This document shows, piece by piece, positions 33,512 to 45,608 of a stretch of 64,000 bases of DNA (positions are counted from its first letter, which is position 1; every line of letters starts with the position of its first letter). A program made the position numbers and the translations under genes. Source of the DNA: Diplonema japonicum (lineage: Eukaryota > Protista > Euglenozoa: Diplonemea); assembly GCA_964019335.1 (NCBI GenBank), contig OZ025731.1, forward strand, positions 365,545 to 429,544. The letters run 5' to 3'. Below the pieces are notes generated by a model that worked only from the letters and a program-made list of their open reading frames with translations, did not search any database and had not been told where the DNA came from.

Positions 33512-36501
33512 ACGATTTTGACGCAGGAAGGTTTTAAAAAAAAAAAGAAAAAATGTCCTTCTGACATATAGGGTAAAGGAGGGGGGGGGGGGAGAAAGAT
33601 TTAAAAAAAAAGCTTGAAGCAAAGTTGGGGAGTCAATGGGGGAATGAATCCATTTTTTTTTCCACATGACGGGGTAGCCCCCAAAAATATGGCATTATTC
33701 CCCTTTTTAAGGCTATTTTGACCCCCCCCCCCCCCCCCAGTGTACCGAATACGCACAGATCCGATAATGATGAGTGCTAGGGTATCGGGCGTTGTCGGAT
33801 TTGGTCCTACCCGGTCCTACCTTGGGTAATTTGCCGAAGGGTAATCCATGCATCTGTTGTATTCTATGCTGTGGGGGGGGGGGGGGGGGGGGGGTGCGTT
33901 AGACGAATTTTCAAGTTCCTTTTTTATTTATTTATTCAAGAATATCATTCACAAAGAACCCGTAACAAGGGGACTGGGCATTAGTACACCTTGGTGATAT
34001 TCCCAAAACGCCAAAAGTATAGAATTGTTGCGACCTCCTCGTGGTACCCTGCAGCATGCTCATCCAGAACTGGCAACAGGGGGCGTATGGAGCATTGGTA
34101 GCAGGGAACGACCCCAAAAGTCATAATGAATTTTTTTTTCGAAGCCTTTGATAGCTACAACATCTTCCCCAGGCCTTTTGAATGATATCCTCATTTAGTA
34201 AGAAATATATTATCCATATAAAAATCAGTGCCAGGATTTCACTTGCAGGTTGCAATTTAAACCATGAACTCGTAAAAAAGTGAAATCAGAGCACTTGATT
34301 TTTAATAGATAAAATAGTTTTTTTTTTTTTTTTTTTTCCCCACGCACCCCCCTTTTTTTTTCCTCCTTTTCCCCGTATTGTCCTCCTTTTTTTCGTTTTT
34401 TTATTTATTTATTTTTTTTTAAATCCTTTCTGTTTTCGGTTAGGTGTCGCTACCCATCCCCTCCCCTATGCCCCCCATACCCATAGCCCGAAAGGAAAAA
34501 TACGATTTTCTACTGTCTTTTTCCTTTTTTATTTTTTTTTGGAAATAGTTTGCTTAATGTCTCCCCCCGATAAAAATAAAGTTTGTCTCACTTTTAAATT
34601 GCCTTAAAAAAAAAAAAAAAAAAAAAAAGTGGGTTTTCTTCTCCTTTTTTTTTTGTTTTGTTTTTTTAGGCAAAAGCTGGAAGTGAATTTCTGTATTTTT
34701 TAATGGCATTAAGAGTGAAGTATTCCCTTTCCACTTTTCTTTTTGTTCTTTTTTTTTTTTTTTCTTCCAATATCTCCGTGACCAACATGTACGTCACTAC
34801 AGCACCGATAGTAATGGGGAAGTTTGCCCTTAAAAGGAAAGGGACATAAAAGAAAGAAAGAAAGAAAGAAAGAAAAAAAGATTATTAGAAGAAAAGCAGT
34901 AATATTTTAGGCGCCTCGCGCCTCTCTCCCCCCTTTCTTTTTTTGCCATTTGTATGTCTGGTTTATTTTTGAAAAAGGTTTTTTTTTTTAAGGTGAGAAT
35001 TAAGAGAGTGTTTTTTTTTTTTTTTTTTCCCTTCTTTTTTTTTCCCACCCGTTCTTGTTCCCTGGGGGGGGGGGGGAGTCGAAGGGGATGCAATCCGGAA
35101 TTTTTCTTCTTCTGGAGGTTTTTTTCTTTTCTCAAATAAAATTGTAATATAGTGTCGGCAGGGCCGGTATGGCTCAGGCGAGGGTCTCGTTTCGTTGATT
35201 ACATGTCAAGACCTGTTAATGTGTGAAATTTTCCCCTGACCTCCTTCCCTCTCTGTTTCTTTTTTTTTTTTTCCGGGAGACATTTGTGGTAAAACTTGTT
35301 CAATTTAAAAAGAAAAAAAAGAAAAGAGTAGTGGTTAGCATTGTTTAGCACGGGTTAAATCCCCCCCCCCCCCCCCCCCCCGACTGCGCAAACTAAAGAG
35401 AATTTGAGGTTATTGCTCTGAAAAGATTCGTTGAAAAATATCTGCACTTTCATAGTTTTGACTTGTTTTTTTTTTTTTTTTTTTTTTTTTTTTTCCTGTT
35501 TTCAGGCCTATGGTGGCATGGTTTGTTTTTCCTTTTTCTTTTTTTTTATTTTTTTTTTATTTTATTTTTTTTTTAAAGGCTAAGGCAACTGGGTGTGCTG
35601 CTCTGCTACAAACCATTCTTCCCGGTTCTCCTTTTTTTCGGCATATTTTCTGTAATCATTTATAAAGACTATTATTGGCACAAACAGGATCTGGATTTAA
35701 AAATGGAAACAAACGTTCAGGAAAAAAAAAGTTTTTTTTTTTTTTTAGAAGAAAGGGCAAATGGGTGCACCGAACGGGAGGAAGAGGTGGTTCACCCCCA
35801 AATTTAAAAAAAAGGGGGAAAAAAAAAAAGAAAAGAGTAAAAGAGAGGAAGCGAGAAAGAAGAAAAAGAAAAATACATGATCCCTTCATACTTCCTTCCA
35901 CTCCATACCCACACCCCATTCTTTGTGTTTCTATTCTTTTTTTTTTTTGTCCCTCGCCCCTCCCCATTATTCTTTTTTTTCTTTTCCCCTTCTTTGTCCC
36001 TCCCCCCCCTTTTTTTTATAGTGTTTTCCCATTCAATACAATTCAGTCATTCTTTTCTCCTTTTGTTTTTTTTTTAAAAGAATTTTAAAAAGAAAAAAAG
36101 ACCAAAACCACGGTTACCCATATTTTCGAGTGTTCATGATGAGTTTGTCCGTACTAAAATATTCAAAACACACTTTTTTTTGTTTTGTTATGTGATATAT
36201 TTAGGCACCAAGGCTGTTGAAAGTACTTAGTGACAATTGGAGACAGCCCGGAAAAACAGGGGTTTTCAGGCTATACACCAGCCCAACACTCTGCCACGGC
36301 ATAATCAGCCACACTAAACCCCCTTTCTGGGCTCCTCCCCTCTCTTCACAGGTTTTTTGCCTATCTTACCCAATATTTTTTTCCCCCAGTTTTTTCAAAA
36401 TTTTGAAAAGAAATAAAAATACCAGGGTTTGAAATTACTATGCAAGTTGACAACCGTGGTTAAATTTCAGGAAAGAATAATTGCTTTGAAAAAAGAACAA
36501 G

Positions 36502-36532
<31 letters not shown>

Positions 36533-36657
36533 ACACACACACAAACACAGGCTCTGGGACAAGAATCTTAAAACAAAGATTTTATGATTTTTCCTTGGGG
36601 ATATTAAAAAAAAAAAAAAGAGAAAAACCTGTAAGAGGGCAAGAGAACAAAAAAAAA

Positions 36658-39252
36658 ATGGGATGTGGAGCAAGTAGGAAGCAAAAAGAAGGGGAAGGGG
36701 ATCTGGATGGAGTGATGACGGTGAAGGAGACGGATGAGGTTATGAACAATAACAACAACCCCGAAGAAGAACAGGAGAGCAAAGAGCCGGTGAGCAAAGA
36801 CGAGGTCTCGGAGAAAGAAACGAAAAAACAAGGGAAGCGAAACACGATCGTCCTGGGAGCACCCCCTCCCCAACCGGGCCAGCTGGGCAAGGTAGGGTCG
36901 CCCTCCGACGACACCGACGGTGGCTTCGGCACAGAAGCAACTCTTCCATGCGACGGGTTCAACCTAGCCAACGGCCCTTCAAAACTAAACTCGGAAATAA
37001 CCCGTAAAATGCATCTCTCTTTTCTCCACTTCAACGACGTGTACCACATAGCCCCCAGCGCCAAGGAACCCGTGGGAGGTGCACCAAGGTTCTCATACAA
37101 AGTAAAGGAATACCAACAAGCCTATGGGTCCGACTTGATGTTCTCGGGAGACTGCTATAACCCCTCCCTCATGAGCACGGTGACTAAAGGCAAACACATG
37201 ACACCCATTTTAAACGAGCTGCGCATGAAATGTGCGGTGTACGGCAACCACGACTTCGACTTCGGGGTCGACATGTTGCGAGAACTGACAGCTGCGTCGA
37301 ACTGCCCGTGGCTCATGAGCAATGTGATCGATGTTAACGACGGGCTGCCTGCTGCAGACGGGTTGATGTCATACACCTACACCGTGAACAGCAAGCAGAA
37401 CAGCACAGAGATCAAGGTCGGTGTCATAGGTCTAGGTGAGGAGGAATGGCTTTCTTGTGTAAAGGACCTGCCGGACAATATCGAGTACCGCGATGCGGTC
37501 ACCGTCGCACGACGTGAAGCTACAAAACTTCGAGAAGACGGCTGCCACATCATCGTTGCCCTGACGCACATGCGGCAGAACAACGACGAGTCCTTCACAC
37601 GAGCTGTCCCCGAGGTTGATGTCGTACTAGGTGGCCATGATCATTTTTATAAATCGCAGGTTTTGGAATCCGGGCAGCTTCTTCTTAAAAGCGGGACGGA
37701 TTTTAAAAACTTATCGTTCGTGGCGGTCGAGCTTCGTGAAGGTCAGCGGCCTGTCTTCAATGTGGAGCGGATAGACATCACGAGCGACATTCCAGAAGAT
37801 CCTGTCGTTGCGGAGATCGTGTCGGGTTTTGAAGAATCTTTGAAAGGAAAGATCGGCAAGGAGCTCTGCCATCTGGAATGCCACATGGACATCACAACGG
37901 AAACCGTCCGCACGAGCGAGAGCGGGATGGGGAACCTCATCACAGACATCATGCGCGACCATTGCGACGCCGACTGCGCGTTTGTGAACAGTGGTATCCT
38001 GCGTGCAGATGTTGTATACCACCCCAGCCCCATGAGCATCAAGGACCTCCTCGACATCATCCCCATTGAGGATGTGGTGGTGTGTGTGGAGGTCACCGGC
38101 GAGCAGATATTATCATGCGTCGAAAACGGTCTCAGCAAATGGCCCCAACATGAAGGACGCTTCCTTCAAATGAGCGGTCTTCACGTCAAGGCCGACCCTG
38201 AGCTCCCATCCGGCAGCCGTGTCCTTCAATGCCTCATCAACGGTGCAGCCATCGACAACTGCAAACTGTACAAAGCATCGACCACTGCCTTTCTATGCAA
38301 AGGCTGCGACGGGTTCGACGCGTTGCGAGGATCAAGGTACATCATCGACTCCGAGAACGGCCCTGTTCTCCCGACGTTGGTTCGCAAGGCGATAGAAGCC
38401 ATGGTGCCGAAAGAGACAAAAGTGGTAAGGCGGGAATCGTTACATGACCTGAAACGGAGCATGTCGGCGTTGGGGAAGAGCGGTGAAGACTTCAAGTCCG
38501 CTGCAGGGCATATTAAACGGGCGTACTTGCCATCTGTGTGCCCGCAGGCTGACGGGCGTATTTATTTAGAAGGCTTCACACAGCCTCCACCACAGGCAGC
38601 GGTGATAAACACACCGAAATCAGTCCCGATGATGAGCGTGCCTCTAGCTGGGGGTGTGTCGCCTATGATACCTCCCTTGAACGCGCCTGTGGGAGGTCCT
38701 GTCAACCCTGTTGTGTACGGCAGTGTTATGAGGGATCTTGCGATGGTGAAGAGGCATTTCAAGGACCTTGCGCTTCGTATCTCAACGACGAACATTGAGT
38801 GGAGCATCGAGCTGCTCCCTTACCTTGGGCTGTCAGGGCAGATCATAGGTAGCTTCCCAGACGTGGGTGTGACGCAGATCAAGTTCTCCGACAACGCCAC
38901 CTTCTGGTTCCCCTCTGATTCTATCATCGAAAGCGACGAGGTGGCGCATCCCTCTATGACACCCCCCTCAATGGTCCCTAGTGACCTACGGGTCAACGAG
39001 CTCCCGCAAAGGCCCAATTCATCTATGGGCTACAGGAAGCTCCCTAGGGCACATACTATCGGCGAGGGCGATATGAAGCGCAGGTACTTCCCGGTTCCTA
39101 AGGTATTTTTTTTTAGAGGGAAAAAAGGAAAGGGAAAAAAAAAAAAAAAAAAAAAACCGCAGGAACGTACCCTCTCGTTTATCTTCCGTCCTGTTGGGAC
39201 GGATGACAATGTCACTAAGCAGGAGGTTGCTGATCGTGGGAAGAGGAGAAAC

Positions 39253-39293
<41 letters not shown>

Positions 39294-40903
39294 AATTTTC
39301 GACCAATTTTTTTTAATACAGTCGGAAAAGGAATCGCAAGGGACCATAGCTACCAGGGAGTCAGCGTCGAGGAGGGATGAATTCGCATGGGTAATGGAAA
39401 AAAAAAAAAAAAAACTTTTTTGTTTTTTTTTTGTTTTTGTTTTTTCGTACGCCTCAGTTTTCACCACAGCACCGGTGGCGGATGCAGTGGAGCAGTGTAA
39501 GAGGTGGGGTCAACTTAAATCAGGGCTTGAACCCAAGACCCTTGAGACTGTGGTCCAGGGTCCTGACCACTGACCTACAGCAGTGCGACGTTTTTTTTTT
39601 TTTTTCTCTTTTTTTTTTTGTTTTGCAATAATAACCACTGGGGGGAAACTGGGGGTGGGGGTGTGTTCCAGTCTTTTGTCTGGAGGAACCGAGAGGGCCA
39701 CATGGGTTGGACCATCGTTCCCCTTGCGTAGGACAGCCTTGGCTGATTACATGCGGGGCGAACCCCTCGAGACTTTACGCAGGGGCGTCCTCGTGCTGCG
39801 TCCTGCGCCCTCCCCAGTCCGTGGCTATCTCTTGGGAGGCGTTCTTTAGTGTGTGTGGGGGAGAGACTAGATTGCAGCCCGATCGGGTGGGGGTTCTTCC
39901 TCGGCGTCTCTTGCTGGCGCTCCTCGAGCGTTATAACGCAACGCCGCTATCAATAAAGGGGGAGGGCTTTTTTTTTTCGAGAGAAAAAGAGTGAAGTCCC
40001 TCATCGCCATTGGAGGAAAGGCAGCTATTGGTTTCTCCAGGAGGCCTATTTTCGCCACCCGCTCCACGCACGACAAGCTAATGGAATTGAAAGCCGACTA
40101 CAAGCGGGACCGCATCACACGACTCCGCAAGACGCTCACGGCCTCAATCGGAATGAAAGCAATGCTCCAGAAGGGGAGTATTAACAGATAGACCCCCCCC
40201 CTCCCATAGGGCGGCCCTCTAGCGGGGGGCTTGTCCTGTACTTTGAGTTTTTTTTGCCATAGCCAACCACTTCTTCGTTTCCTATCTTAAATAAAAAAAA
40301 ATTTTTCAGGAGACGGGCCGTCCGCCGCTGATAGCAGGGAGCACCTTGTGGGACATGGCGTGGGAGAACGCACTGGAGGAGGCTGAGGTAATTATTTGAG
40401 AAGAAAAAAGAAAAAAAACAAAACAAATACAACAGGCGTATCTAGCTTCAGGGAATTCAGGTGCAATCAACCGGATGGGGACTGGGTCGCCAGATGCCTG
40501 GGGCGAACACGAAGCACTGCACATGTATTATGGTTTGGGAGAGGAAGGACAAAAGGCGGCCCCACTCCATTATGCAGCAGCAAGGGGAAATGCTGACATG
40601 GTATGAGGATTTGGAAGGGAAAAAAATAAAATAAAATAAAATAAAATAAAATAAAATAAAATAAAATAAAATAAAATAAACAGGTAAAGCTTCTCCTGTC
40701 GTATAAAGCTGATTTATCGCAAAGGTCAGACGTTGGCTTCACTCCCCGTGACACAGCGTGTGCCAGAAAGGCACTTGCAATGTTACACAAGAAGAATGAA
40801 GTGGTGTGCTTTTTTTTTTCGTGTGGGGGTAAACCATTTTTTTTGCCAGGTAGCAATGATGGACACTGTGATACATATCCTCGACTCTCACCAAGCTATG
40901 TAG
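36658..40903 (+). CDS. 5'-nucleotidase (metallophosphoesterase plus 5'-NT C domain) with C-terminal ankyrin repeats; exons 36658-39102, 39163-39252, 39322-39390, 40310-40387, 40436-40600, 40684-40800, 40850-40903
   Basis: HFNDVYH, GDCY, GNHDFDFG, LTH, GGHDH motifs; MGCG start. The spliced 3' exons give APLHYAAARGNADMVKLLLSYKAD..GFTP. All six introns are GT-AG, phase 0. The link across the 919-nt third intron is inferred. Confidence 0.85.
39513..39584 (-). other. Degenerate tRNA-like sequence (possible SINE head or tRNA pseudogene) in an intron
   Basis: Minus strand TAGGTCAGTGGTCAGGACC (A box, GGTC/GACC D-stem) and GGGTTCAAGCCC (B box); acceptor stem poor. Confidence 0.5.
39978..40247 (+). 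mobile_element. Very short 5'-truncated LINE copy inside an intron
   Basis: Near-identical to 52298-52570, including the 3' UTR; T tracts on both sides. Confidence 0.85.
40621..40680. repeat. (AAAAT)n microsatellite within intron 40601-40683
   Basis: Directly visible tandem pentamer. Confidence 0.9.
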
Positions 40904-40920
40904 CTTGTGCCTTCTGCAAC

Positions 40921-40995
40921 GAACGAGTCTTTGACTTGTCTAAACAAAAAGGGAACGTTGGGTTACAAACTTCTCCAGGTTTTAGCCAGTTCCTC
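40921..40995. repeat. Dispersed repeat, empty form of 3099-3390
   Basis: Shared sequence lacking the structured insert. Confidence 0.6.
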
Positions 40996-42109
40996 TTTTT
41001 TTTTTCTCTTTTTTTTGAACCATCTACCAACGGGTAATTTTTTTTTTTTTGAACACCTTCTTCAAAAAAAAAGAAACTATTCCAACGTCAGGCGTTTCTA
41101 AGCTTTCTTTTTTAAGAAAACGGACAACGGTTTTCCTACCACCCCTACAAAGCCCTCTGTGAATTTTTTTTTCTTGTTTTTTTCCAAATCCAATATATGT
41201 TCTCGTTGGTAGATGGTTACGTGAGGCTTTTTCTAAAGTGCTTTTTAAGGTGTTCGGTTGTTTTTCTTTGCCCCTCCTTATATTTTTTTCCCATCTCCTT
41301 TCTCTTCTTTTTTTTTTAGTTCGATTTAGTATTTCTTTTTTAATAAATTTATTTCCATATGGGAGTTAGGGAAAAGGTGTTGGAGGGGGGGGGCGAAAAA
41401 AAGAAGAAGAAAAAAAAAGAAGAACGATGAAAGAATGCTTCCCCCCCCCCTCCTTTTGTGTCGGTAAACGTCCCTCCTTCTAACTTTGTTTTTTTATTAT
41501 AGGAATTATAAAAAAAAGAAGAGAAAAAGAAGAAGAAAACAGAAACGAAAGCAACATCCCCCCCCCCCCCCCCCCATACCCATCCCCCCCTTTTTTTCTT
41601 CTTATGGCCAGTAGGTGCGGTTTGTTAAATTATCTAATAATTTGCATTTTTTAGCACGGTCAATGATATTTCTTATCTTCCACATGGTGAGTGAAAGGGG
41701 AGAAAAAAAAAAAGTAATGATGAAACTGGCAGCAGAGCACCATTCTCTAATTTTTCTCCTTTTCCCCCCTCTGCTACCCTTTTACTCCCTGCTGTATCTC
41801 TTTCTTTCAAAAGCGGTGGAAATTCTTTTCTTTGGGAAGAAGAAGAAAAAAAAAGGGGGGGTGAAGGGGGAAAGCACATTCCAAAAAGAACTGTGTTTTT
41901 CTTTCTTTTTTTTTCTTTTTTTTTTGCCCTGCCTTGCTGTTCCTGCTTTTCTTTTTTTTTTTCTCCTTTTTATTTTTCTTTTTTTTTTAGGTGCTCCTGT
42001 ACATACTGCAGGTTCCCTTCAAAGACATTTTTTTTTCTTTTATTCCACATTCTATTGCGAGACAAAAACTTCATGTACCAAAAGGAGACTTTTTTTTTTT
42101 TGGGCTTTG

Positions 42110-42142
<33 letters not shown>

Positions 42143-42245
42143 AGAATAAGCGAGATATTCTTTGTTGTGCGCAATTGTTATGAATTCTTTTTTTCAACAT
42201 GTACAATTTTTTTTGATTACTTGTAACGCATAACGCCGCCGACAT

Positions 42246-42276
<31 letters not shown>

Positions 42277-43680
42277 GATAGCTAACAAAATGTTTCTGTG
42301 TTCATTAAAAAAAGAAAGAAGAAAAAGACCAAAATAAAAGAATATCTCCCCCCCCCCCCCCAGCGTATTTGTTACCCTGCGAAGGGTACCTCTTTGTTTT
42401 TTTTTTTTTTTTTCCTTCCTCAATTTTTTTACTCACGCAGTACCATTAGGGTATGGGGTCGTTTGGGGAAAAAAAAAAAAAAAGAGTAGTCTTACCCCGC
42501 CCCTCCGTCGCCACCAGCTCGGGTACCACTGGTATACTGTATCCCGTGTCCGCATCAAACAGGAGGCGCAAGCCTTTTGTTCGCGTGAAAATTGAAGGAA
42601 TATATATTTTTATATTTTTTTTTTAAAACTTTTTTTTAGAGAGTACCCGTTGCTCCCGAAGGAACAGCTGCCATATGTTTTAAATATACCGGATTTGGAC
42701 TTGTTATGTTATGTAAATTACTACCAAATAAATATTATATTACAGAAAACATAAAATTTACAAAAAATAAAAGAAAGAAATCCCAGAAAGTATCCAAAAG
42801 AATCTGATAGAAATCTCACACGCGATTCTAGTTCACTATTGCCCACCATCTCCAATAAGGACATCACTTCCTCCACTACCTGTCTGGCGGTTGGGAGAGA
42901 GGAGGTCACGGGCAGTCAAGAAGCCTTGGAGCGACATCTTTTATTCAGAGAATAGGGGTTGGATTTTTTTTTTAAGGTGGTAAATAAGTTGGAAAACGTG
43001 AGGGTCAGGCCAAAATAAAATAAAAGTAATCTTTTGCATTGTTCCGTAAAAAGTTCCAGGCCAAAATCCAAAGGAACATAATTTAAACACATTATTAATA
43101 TTGAACAAAAGTAACTACAAATCCGGTAACCAATTTTTATATTTTTTTTTTTTAAATCTGTTGAACAGGTAACGATGCAGTCTTGCTACAAGGTGACAAA
43201 GCAAGCAAACTCTTTCTTGCGAGAAAACTGAAACAGAAACAATAGAAGGGGAGGAGAAGAGGGAACAAAGAAAAAAAGAAAGAAAGAAAAAAAGCAAACA
43301 AAAAGAAGACATGGGGCCCTTAATGATCGAATTCAAAAAAAAAAGAAGAAAAAAAAAAGAGAAGAAACAACTCCACCCTACTTCACCCCTCCATTTTCCC
43401 CCCATATGTGTTGCTCAGGATTCTTTTTTTTTTTTTTTTATCTCTTCCCCTTTTTATTTCTCTCTCTTCATCGGTTTAGGAATATGGTACTTGATAAGGA
43501 AAAAGGGGGGGAAATGGGGAGCAAGAAAAAAAAAAAAAAAGGTCGAATTTTTCTTTTTGTTTTCCCTTCGCACCAATTATTTACTTCTTTGTCCCCCCGT
43601 TTCCCCCTTTTATTTTTCTTGTTCATTCTTTGCTCAAAAAAAAAAATAATAAGGGACAACCAAAAAAAACGGGTTTTTCA

Positions 43681-43708
<28 letters not shown>

Positions 43709-43711
<3 letters not shown>

Positions 43712-44038
43712 GTTAAGTGGGCAACGATGTTTCTCCACAAGGCGGTGCTACCATCGATGACGTTTCACATGAAGTACTGGAGCGCGAAGGTGCAGCTTGA
43801 CCGGTGGCTGGAAATGTACCATCCAGCAGCACAGGCTGGGATTGCAGCGCTGGTAGGAAGTGTGGGCTTCCTGTTGATGCTCCCGTTTATAGCAAACGAG
43901 AGCGAAAAATGGCTGCTAGAAATGATGAGAGTTGAACGGGAAGAGGCCAGACAGGCAGGGGTGCCCCATGGCAACTACGTGCAATCGCTCAAATCCTCGG
44001 AACGAACAATGCAAAGCCGGATATTAACTGCTCTCTAG
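43709..44038 (+). CDS. Small hypothetical membrane protein
   Basis: 109-aa clean ORF after an A tract, with one hydrophobic segment (AGIAALVGSVGFLLMLPFIA). Confidence 0.7.
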
Positions 44039-44104
44039 TCTCTATAAAAAAAAAATGTTTTTTTTCTTTCTTTTTTTTTATATAAAATTCATAGGTAGCT
44101 AAAC

Positions 44105-45156
44105 ATGACACGAAACGCTCCCTCCAAAATCCTCTTTGTGGGTGCCCTCCCTGCAGAATGCCACGAAAGCGATGTTTCCCGCCTCTTTGACGACATGCCT
44201 GGCTTCGAGTCTGCAAATGTCATCATCACGAAGAACAACACTCAAGTATGCTTTCCACCAACAAAACCCTTTCCTCTTCTTAGTGCGCTGGATTTGTTAC
44301 CTTCGAAACTATTGACGACGCGGAGTCCGCGATACTCGAAAAGGCGAACCTCGAATACCAGGGCAAACGGCTAATCCTCGAATTTGCAAAAGCCAAAAAA
44401 GACAAGGAGAGGGAAAGAGGGCCCGACAGAAGGGAAAGGAGTTATGACAGAGACAGGGGTAATGACAGAGACAGGGGTAATGACAGAGACAGGGGTAATG
44501 ACAGGGACAGAAACAGGGATAGAAACAGGGAAAGGGATTACGACAGACGGGATGACAGAAGAGAGCGGGGCGGGATCGACCCGCGTTCCATGGGCCCCTA
44601 CGAGAAAAGGTTCCAGCAATGGCTGAAAAGAAACTCAGGAGACACACGTTCCCCAGGGACAGTGTTCATGCACGGGCTGCCCTCGGATGCTACAGAGCGA
44701 GAAATTATGCATATTGTGCGCCCCTTTGCAGGCTTCAAGGCACTGCGCCTCCTGAGGAAAGGGGATGTATGTTTTTTTTTTTTTTTCTTGACATAAGAAA
44801 CACCACCACAACCTCCCCCAGAACGACAGCTCATACGCCTTTGCTGACTTCGACACGCAGCTCATTGCTAACTTCGTGATTGACGTTCTTTCCGATTATG
44901 ACTTCGATGGGTATGGCATTTTCTTTTTTTTTGGGGACCAATGTTTCCAACCTCCCTGTGGTGGTTCCTGGTAATTGTGGTTTGGAGAAACACAAGCGAA
45001 AGGGAAACTCTCGTTCTAAAGCCGTACACTGGGGAAACTTGGACGGGGGTGGAGAGCCCACCCTACGCGTGGCGCCAGTTAGCATCGCCCTCAACGGAGA
45101 GTCCCTTATCCCATTACATCGAACAAGGAGGTGGCTTCACCAGGTCAGGCAAGTAG
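44105..45156 (+). CDS. Two-RRM RNA-binding protein with RD-rich linker; introns 44246-44283, 44767-44821, 44911-44977 (or 44986)
   Basis: LFVGALP/CAGFVTF and VFMHGLP/YAFADF RNP2/RNP1 pairs appear after splicing; 18-nt DRDRGN tandem repeat. Confidence 0.85.
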
Positions 45157-45254
45157 CCTCCCCGCGGCATCGTGCCAGTGAAAGCCTCCCACAACTCTCC
45201 AGTTGGTGTTTAATTGCTTCTGTGGCCCCTCTCCCTATTTCAATTTCCAAGCTT

Positions 45255-45385
45255 TCTTTACCTCTCCACTTTTACTTTCTACGGGACCACAGGGGACTTG
45301 GGAGGCTTCGGGGCGAAGTTTCACAAGGGTGGCCGCTGTGTCACATACTGCATGGCACCACTAAAATCGAGACAACTTTTTTTTA
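45255..45385. repeat. Dispersed repeat (also 50645-50745)
   Basis: TTACCTCTCCACTTTT..TTCTAC..GG..CAC..GGGG..CTTG...CATAC.GCATGGCACCACTAAAATC shared between copies. Confidence 0.6.
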
Positions 45386-45608
45386 AACCGCACAACAGGA
45401 GAGGGAGGGGGATCAAAGCAGAGATGTCGAGAAAAAGAAGGGACTAGTTAACACGGGGGAAGGGGGTTTTAATAGTAACGAGATTCAGTGTGATTTCTTT
45501 GTTTGTTTTTTTTTTTTTTTTTTTTTTTTTGGTAGTCCCCGACGACTGCTTTTGTTTCTTTTTTTTTATATTCTTCCTCATTACTCATCACGCACAACGC
45601 AGGACAAC

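Noticed and set aside
35150-35295. U1 snRNA- or tRNA-like sequence
   Set aside because: Only scattered short similarities; no ACTTACCTG, no B box, and interrupted by a T tract.
40233-40247. CTGTACTTT in LINE 3' tails resembling the SL 3' end
   Set aside because: Nine-base match only; not distinguishable from chance.
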